The notes under the pieces: model-generated
What the model was told of the DNA's origin: nothing
Seen by the model: the letters and a program-made list of their open reading frames with translations, nothing else
The model's database searches: none
Made by a program: the position numbers and the translations under genes
NCBI GenBank assembly: GCA_028693815.1
Contig: JAQUUP010000001.1
Span: forward strand, 72,433-136,432
Direction of reading: 5' to 3'
From: Candidatus Omnitrophota bacterium
Lineage (GTDB): Bacteria > Omnitrophota > Gorgyraeia > Zapsychrales > Aceulaceae
DNA: 64,000 nucleotides
Shown: one piece after another, positions 60,446 through 64,000 of the stretch
Position numbering within the stretch: the stretch's first letter is position 1
Layout: the number at the start of each line of letters is the position of its first letter

Positions 60446-62080
60446 ATGGGTGTAACGTATAAACTAAAAAAAGAAGTTGTTGATTATATCCTTCTTCAAA
60501 AAAGGACAAGTCCTTCTTTGAGCTGTCGAAAAATTTCCGACTTAGCAAGTCAATTCTTTCAAAAAAAAATTTCAAAATCTTCTGTTAATACTATTCTTAA
60601 AACTTTTCTTTTGAGCAGTCCTATTGGACGCAGGTCGAGAGAAGACAAAAAACAAGAAAAATTTAAAATTCCAGAGTATCGAAAAAAAGAACTTTTTGTT
60701 AATGTGCCAAGGGAGCTCTTAGGCGAGGAACCGGCGGCTGTTGTTGTGCAGGAAAAGAAAGAGTATCCATTAAAGAAGCTGGGATCTTTTATTCTAAAGG
60801 CAGCTGAATTGCAGATAGCAAAAGAAGGGTTTGTAAGCTTTCTTACAGATTCAGCGGCTCAATCAGGTCTGGCAGGGAGTTTTTTGTATGCGCCTTTGTT
60901 TGGTATCAGTGATCAGAGCGTGTTAGCTGAAGAAATAGGTTGGCAAAAAATAAATGGAATAAACGCTTCTCCACCTACGCAAGAAATTCATCAAGCCACG
61001 GCAATGCTAAAGGATCTAGAAAATAAAAAACAAGAAATTAGTCTAAAGTCTTCTGAGATTTTTACAGAGGTCAAGTGTTTTAAATTTATTCTTAAAAATG
61101 GTAATATTTTTTGTATTGACGCGCAATTTAATTCAGTCTGGACAAAAGATAATGTCCATTCTAGCTTTTCTTTGCCTTTAGAGAAATCTCTTGATTTTTT
61201 ATCAAAAAAGATAGCGACTAACATTCGCCCTATTGTCTTGCGATGCGCTCCTGGCATTGAAAGTTTCCCATCTTATTTTTATACCATGTTAGCATGCTTT
61301 GAAGGATTTCCTTCTTACGGGGTCGCTCAGGTTGATCTTATTTCTAAACAAGACGAGATTCTCTCTTCCTTTGACACCGTTCTTCATAAAAGACGTCATT
61401 TCATTACATTTTTACCGAATTCTCATATGATTTTTGCCCAAGCTCTAGAAAAAAAAGGCGTAACACAAGAAAAAGCGTTTAATTTTATAAATCAAAATGT
61501 TTTGTATTCGGAGTCTGATCTTATTATTGAGAATCCTTTACTTGACAAAGAAATTAATTTACGGGCTTTTATTTTAAAAATCGAAGGACAAGAACCGTTT
61601 GTTCTCATAAGCAATATTCCAAAGCCAATTCAAATCGCAGAGCAAATTATCAATCAGTATTTTGCGCAGTGGCCGCATCCTGGGACTGGGCATCAAGATT
61701 TTATGATGACAAAAGAAGAGCCGACAACAAAAGATTGCTCGAATATGTTTTCTACCGACGAGAAGTCAGGCGAGGATGGGGAGTCGATGTTTCTTGGGGA
61801 AAGAAACACATTGGCGCATAATTTTCTAATGAATATGCACCGGTATTGCCGAGAGCATTTCTTTCCATCAAGTTGCAAGCAGTTTTCGTTTAAGGATGCG
61901 CAAAATGTTTTTTATCGTCTTTCTGGGTTCGCAGAGGAACAAGACGGCATTGTAAAAGTATCGTTAATTTTGCCGCAAGAATATACATATATAAAAGAAT
62001 TAAAATATATATTAAGGCGAGTCAATGAGAGCAACGCCTGCTTAAACCAGAAGATCCGGATTTTCTTTGCTAACGCCTAG
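60446..62080 (+). CDS. Hypothetical 544-aa soluble protein with N-terminal helix-turn-helix. Possibly a regulator or a degenerate transposase-like protein.
   Basis: N-terminal LSCRKISDLASQFFQKKISKSSVNTILK is an HTH like those of transposases and regulators. No DDE triad could be assigned by eye. Confidence 0.35.
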   Translation: MGVTYKLKKEVVDYILLQKRTSPSLSCRKISDLASQFFQKKISKSSVNTILKTFLLSSPIGRRSREDKKQEKFKIPEYRKKELFVNVPRELLGEEPAAVVVQEKKEYPLKKLGSFILKAAELQIAKEGFVSFLTDSAAQSGLAGSFLYAPLFGISDQSVLAEEIGWQKINGINASPPTQEIHQATAMLKDLENKKQEISLKSSEIFTEVKCFKFILKNGNIFCIDAQFNSVWTKDNVHSSFSLPLEKSLDFLSKKIATNIRPIVLRCAPGIESFPSYFYTMLACFEGFPSYGVAQVDLISKQDEILSSFDTVLHKRRHFITFLPNSHMIFAQALEKKGVTQEKAFNFINQNVLYSESDLIIENPLLDKEINLRAFILKIEGQEPFVLISNIPKPIQIAEQIINQYFAQWPHPGTGHQDFMMTKEEPTTKDCSNMFSTDEKSGEDGESMFLGERNTLAHNFLMNMHRYCREHFFPSSCKQFSFKDAQNVFYRLSGFAEEQDGIVKVSLILPQEYTYIKELKYILRRVNESNACLNQKIRIFFANA

Positions 62081-62245
62081 ATGTCACTTTCTTTTTTATT
62101 TCTTTGAATAACATGGATTTCCTGAGTTTCATATGCTATATTTAATATGAGAAATAAATTTCCATATAATGGAAAATCTCGGAAAATGAAAAAATTGCTA
62201 ACCGGCATTTTTTTTCTCAATAACCCAAAGCCACGGGAGAAAAAA

Positions 62246-62401
62246 AGTGAGATTGTTTCCTTTGAATAATAAAGCCCAGAATTTAATCGAGTATGCCATT
62301 GTCATATCATTAGTGGCGGCGGCTATGATTGCTATGAGTACGTATGTTTCCCGTTCAACGCAAGCGATTCAAAAACAGATTGAAGAAGAAATGCGACAAT
62401 A
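62246..62401 (+). CDS. flp: Flp-family pilin (about 51 aa, GTG start; not in the ORF track)
   Basis: VRLFPLNNKAQNLIEYAIVISLVAAAMIAMSTYVSRSTQAIQKQIEEEMRQ*. Motif A/QNLIEY plus a hydrophobic helix. RBS GGGAGAAAAAAA. Coordinates approximate within 1-2 nt. Confidence 0.5.
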
Positions 62402-62437
62402 GCTATGATTTATTATTAATAAAAAAAGGAGGAAATT

Positions 62438-62644
62438 GTGTTAAAACTATTGAGAAATAAAAAAGGGCAGAGCACGTTGGAATATATTCTTTTGATAACA
62501 GCTGTTATTGCGGTGGCTATTATTTTCTTAAATCCGACAACAGGGCAGTTTGGTCGAGTTCTTAATGATACACAGAATACAATCTCGAGTGAAATAGATG
62601 AGGCTGGGGTAGATTTAGCTGGGAATATTAGAGTTTCATTATAA
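62438..62644 (+). CDS. flp: Flp-family pilin (GTG start)
   Basis: LLRNKKGQSTLEYILLITAVIAVAIIFL. The G/QSTLEY motif equals the Flp G/XXXXEY processing motif. AAGGAGG RBS. Confidence 0.65.
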   Translation: MLKLLRNKKGQSTLEYILLITAVIAVAIIFLNPTTGQFGRVLNDTQNTISSEIDEAGVDLAGNIRVSL

Positions 62645-62670
62645 AAGAATAAGCAAAAAAGGAGGAAATT

Positions 62671-62865
62671 GTGTCAAAATTATTGAGAAACAAAAAAGGA
62701 CAGAGCACGCTGGAATACATTCTTTTGGTAACAGCCGTTATTGCGGTGGCTATTATTTTTTTAAATCCGGCAACAGGACAGCTTGGCAATATTCTTGGCG
62801 ACACATACAACACAGTTGCAAACGAAATGAACGCAGCCGCTAACACTTTATCTGGGGCGTTTTAA
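62671..62865 (+). CDS. flp: Flp-family pilin, tandem paralog of 62438 (GTG start)
   Basis: The N-terminal 40 aa are near-identical to the previous gene. Identical RBS context aaaaaaggaggaaattGTG. Confidence 0.65.
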   Translation: MSKLLRNKKGQSTLEYILLVTAVIAVAIIFLNPATGQLGNILGDTYNTVANEMNAAANTLSGAF

Positions 62866-62896
62866 GCTTAACTATAAAAAAGAAAAAAAGGAGGAG

Positions 62897-63274
62897 ATGA
62901 TGATGAGGTTTTTAAAAAACAAGAAAGCGCAAAATGTTGCTGAGTATGCTATTTTGATTGCTTTGGTTGTTGGTGCAATTATTGCTATGCAAACATTTGT
63001 CAAAAGAACCATGCAAGGAAGACTTAGAGATGCTTCGCAGTATTTGACAGATAATAGTAATTTTGGTGCCGGTGGGGCAACTACTTACAGCACTGGACAA
63101 TACGAGCCTTATTATACACAAAGCAACTATGCTACCACGCGCACTGCAAATGAAATGCAGGCAGTTACTGCTGGTCAAGCGAGCTTGATATCAAATACAG
63201 ATACAACAAGAACAGGTTCTTCGAATACGATGTATGACACTACTGCCACTATTGGCAATGGAATAGCGTTTTAA
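62897..63274 (+). CDS. Flp/TadE-like minor pilin (125 aa) with Thr/Ser/Asn-rich C-terminal tail
   Basis: KNKKAQNVAEYAILIALVVGAIIAM (A/QNVAEY). GGAGG RBS. Confidence 0.55.
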   Translation: MMMRFLKNKKAQNVAEYAILIALVVGAIIAMQTFVKRTMQGRLRDASQYLTDNSNFGAGGATTYSTGQYEPYYTQSNYATTRTANEMQAVTAGQASLISNTDTTRTGSSNTMYDTTATIGNGIAF

Positions 63275-63372
63275 TAATGATGTTGGAAAAAAGAAGAAAG
63301 TTTAAGAAGCATAAATAATGGTTTTTGTAAGAGGGTCGCTAATATACATTGAATAAATAAAGAGGAGGGAGA

Positions 63373-63678
63373 ATGCCGTATAGATTAAGAACAAAAACAG
63401 CCCAAAGTACTCTGGAATATGCTGTCCTTATTGTGATTATTATCGGTGCCTTAATTGCTATGCGGACATATTTAAATAGAGGCATTCAGGGCAAGCTTAA
63501 ATCGTCAACTGATGATATTTCTTCAGGTCAGTTTGATCCAAGCGCTACGACGTATTCGAAAGAGACTAACAGTTCTAGCACAACTCGTGAGATCGTTCAA
63601 GACGGCCAAACGAATTCTGCGCTTATCGGGCAAGAGTTAACAAGTGTTCGAGAAGATTCAGCAACTGATATTGAGTAA
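63373..63678 (+). CDS. Flp/TadE-like pilin (101 aa) with Ser/Thr-rich tail
   Basis: KTAQSTLEYAVLIVIIIGALIAM. GAGGAGGG RBS. Confidence 0.55.
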   Translation: MPYRLRTKTAQSTLEYAVLIVIIIGALIAMRTYLNRGIQGKLKSSTDDISSGQFDPSATTYSKETNSSSTTREIVQDGQTNSALIGQELTSVREDSATDIE

Positions 63679-63746
63679 AAAAATGAGATTGTTGGTTGAA
63701 ATTAATAATATTTAGGCTGAACTAAAAAAGCAAGAAAGGAAAAAAG

Positions 63747-64000
63747 ATGCTGTTAAAAATAAAACAAAAAACAGCCCAAAGTACTCTGGAGTATGCTGTC
63801 CTTATTGTCATTATTATCGGTGCCTTGATTGCTATGCGGACATATTTGCAAAGAGGCATCCAGGACAAGCTTAAATCATCAACCGATGATGTTTCCTCTG
63901 AACACTTTGATCTGACGGGTACAAATTATACGAAAATAACCAATAGTTTCAGTAGGACAGCAGAGGATACTTATGCTGGGCAAATAGACACCACTCTTCG
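63747..64000 (+). CDS. Flp/TadE-like pilin, paralog of 63373 (3' end beyond the window)
   Basis: MLLKIKQKTAQSTLEYAVLIVIIIGALIAMRTYLQRGIQDKLKSSTDD. About 45 aa near-identical to the previous gene. Confidence 0.55.
   Translation, partial: MLLKIKQKTAQSTLEYAVLIVIIIGALIAMRTYLQRGIQDKLKSSTDDVSSEHFDLTGTNYTKITNSFSRTAEDTYAGQIDTTL

Noticed and set aside
60307-62080. Insertion sequence spanning the repeat array plus the 544-aa ORF
   Set aside because: No terminal inverted repeats or target-site duplication could be found by eye, and no DDE/HUH catalytic motif could be assigned. Kept as a hypothetical protein plus a repeat.

Overview
This AT-rich 64 kb window comes from a bacterial chromosome and spans the replication origin. 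It appears to be a diderm lineage with a compact genome, judging by the secretin, the DUF481 outer-membrane protein and several domain-minimised enzymes. The left 35 kb is on the minus strand. It carries glycogen genes (a GH57 fragment, glgB), a PEP-utilizing/rhodanese/membrane operon, a DUF481 OMP, a GT2 plus GT-C glycosylation pair, tRNA-Gln with gltX, PilZ, ymdB, rny, MTHFS, pheT, two paralogous secreted beta-roll repeat proteins inserted between pheT and pheS, trkH/trkA, rplT-rpmI-infC(AUU start)-thrS, a tRNA cluster (Val, Leu, Cys), coaC, rpoZ, gmk, yicC, parB, parA, a truncated jag, yidC, yidD and rpmH. The origin region follows (DnaA-box-like 9-mers), then on the plus strand dnaA-dnaN-dciA(DUF721)-gyrB-gyrA, tRNA-Glu, a block of metabolic genes (methyltransferase, TrpB-like, 2-hydroxyacid DH, GST, CN-hydrolase, mdh) and, from about 53.2 kb to the window end, a Tad/Flp-type pilus locus. 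That locus has at least seven Flp-family pilin genes, one with a Cys-rich C-terminal domain. It also contains a parvulin PPIase lipoprotein, CpaB, a secretin fused to a TonB-C-like domain, a single-polypeptide CpaE(TadZ)-CpaF(TadA) fusion, DUF192, a zinc-ribbon protein and a 544-aa HTH-containing unknown. A dispersed family of mosaic repeats (GC-rich perfect hairpins alternating with a conserved TAAATTCG / TAACATTCAAAATC linker, BIME/REP-like) occurs at four or more intergenic sites, two of them next to tRNA genes. A promoter-to-terminator unit of about 100 nt near 60.2 kb is a small-RNA candidate. The most novel-looking content is the atypical Tad locus, the paralogous surface proteins splitting pheST, and the hairpin-linker repeat family. 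All calls are from reading the sequence and the ORF translations. No database searches were run.
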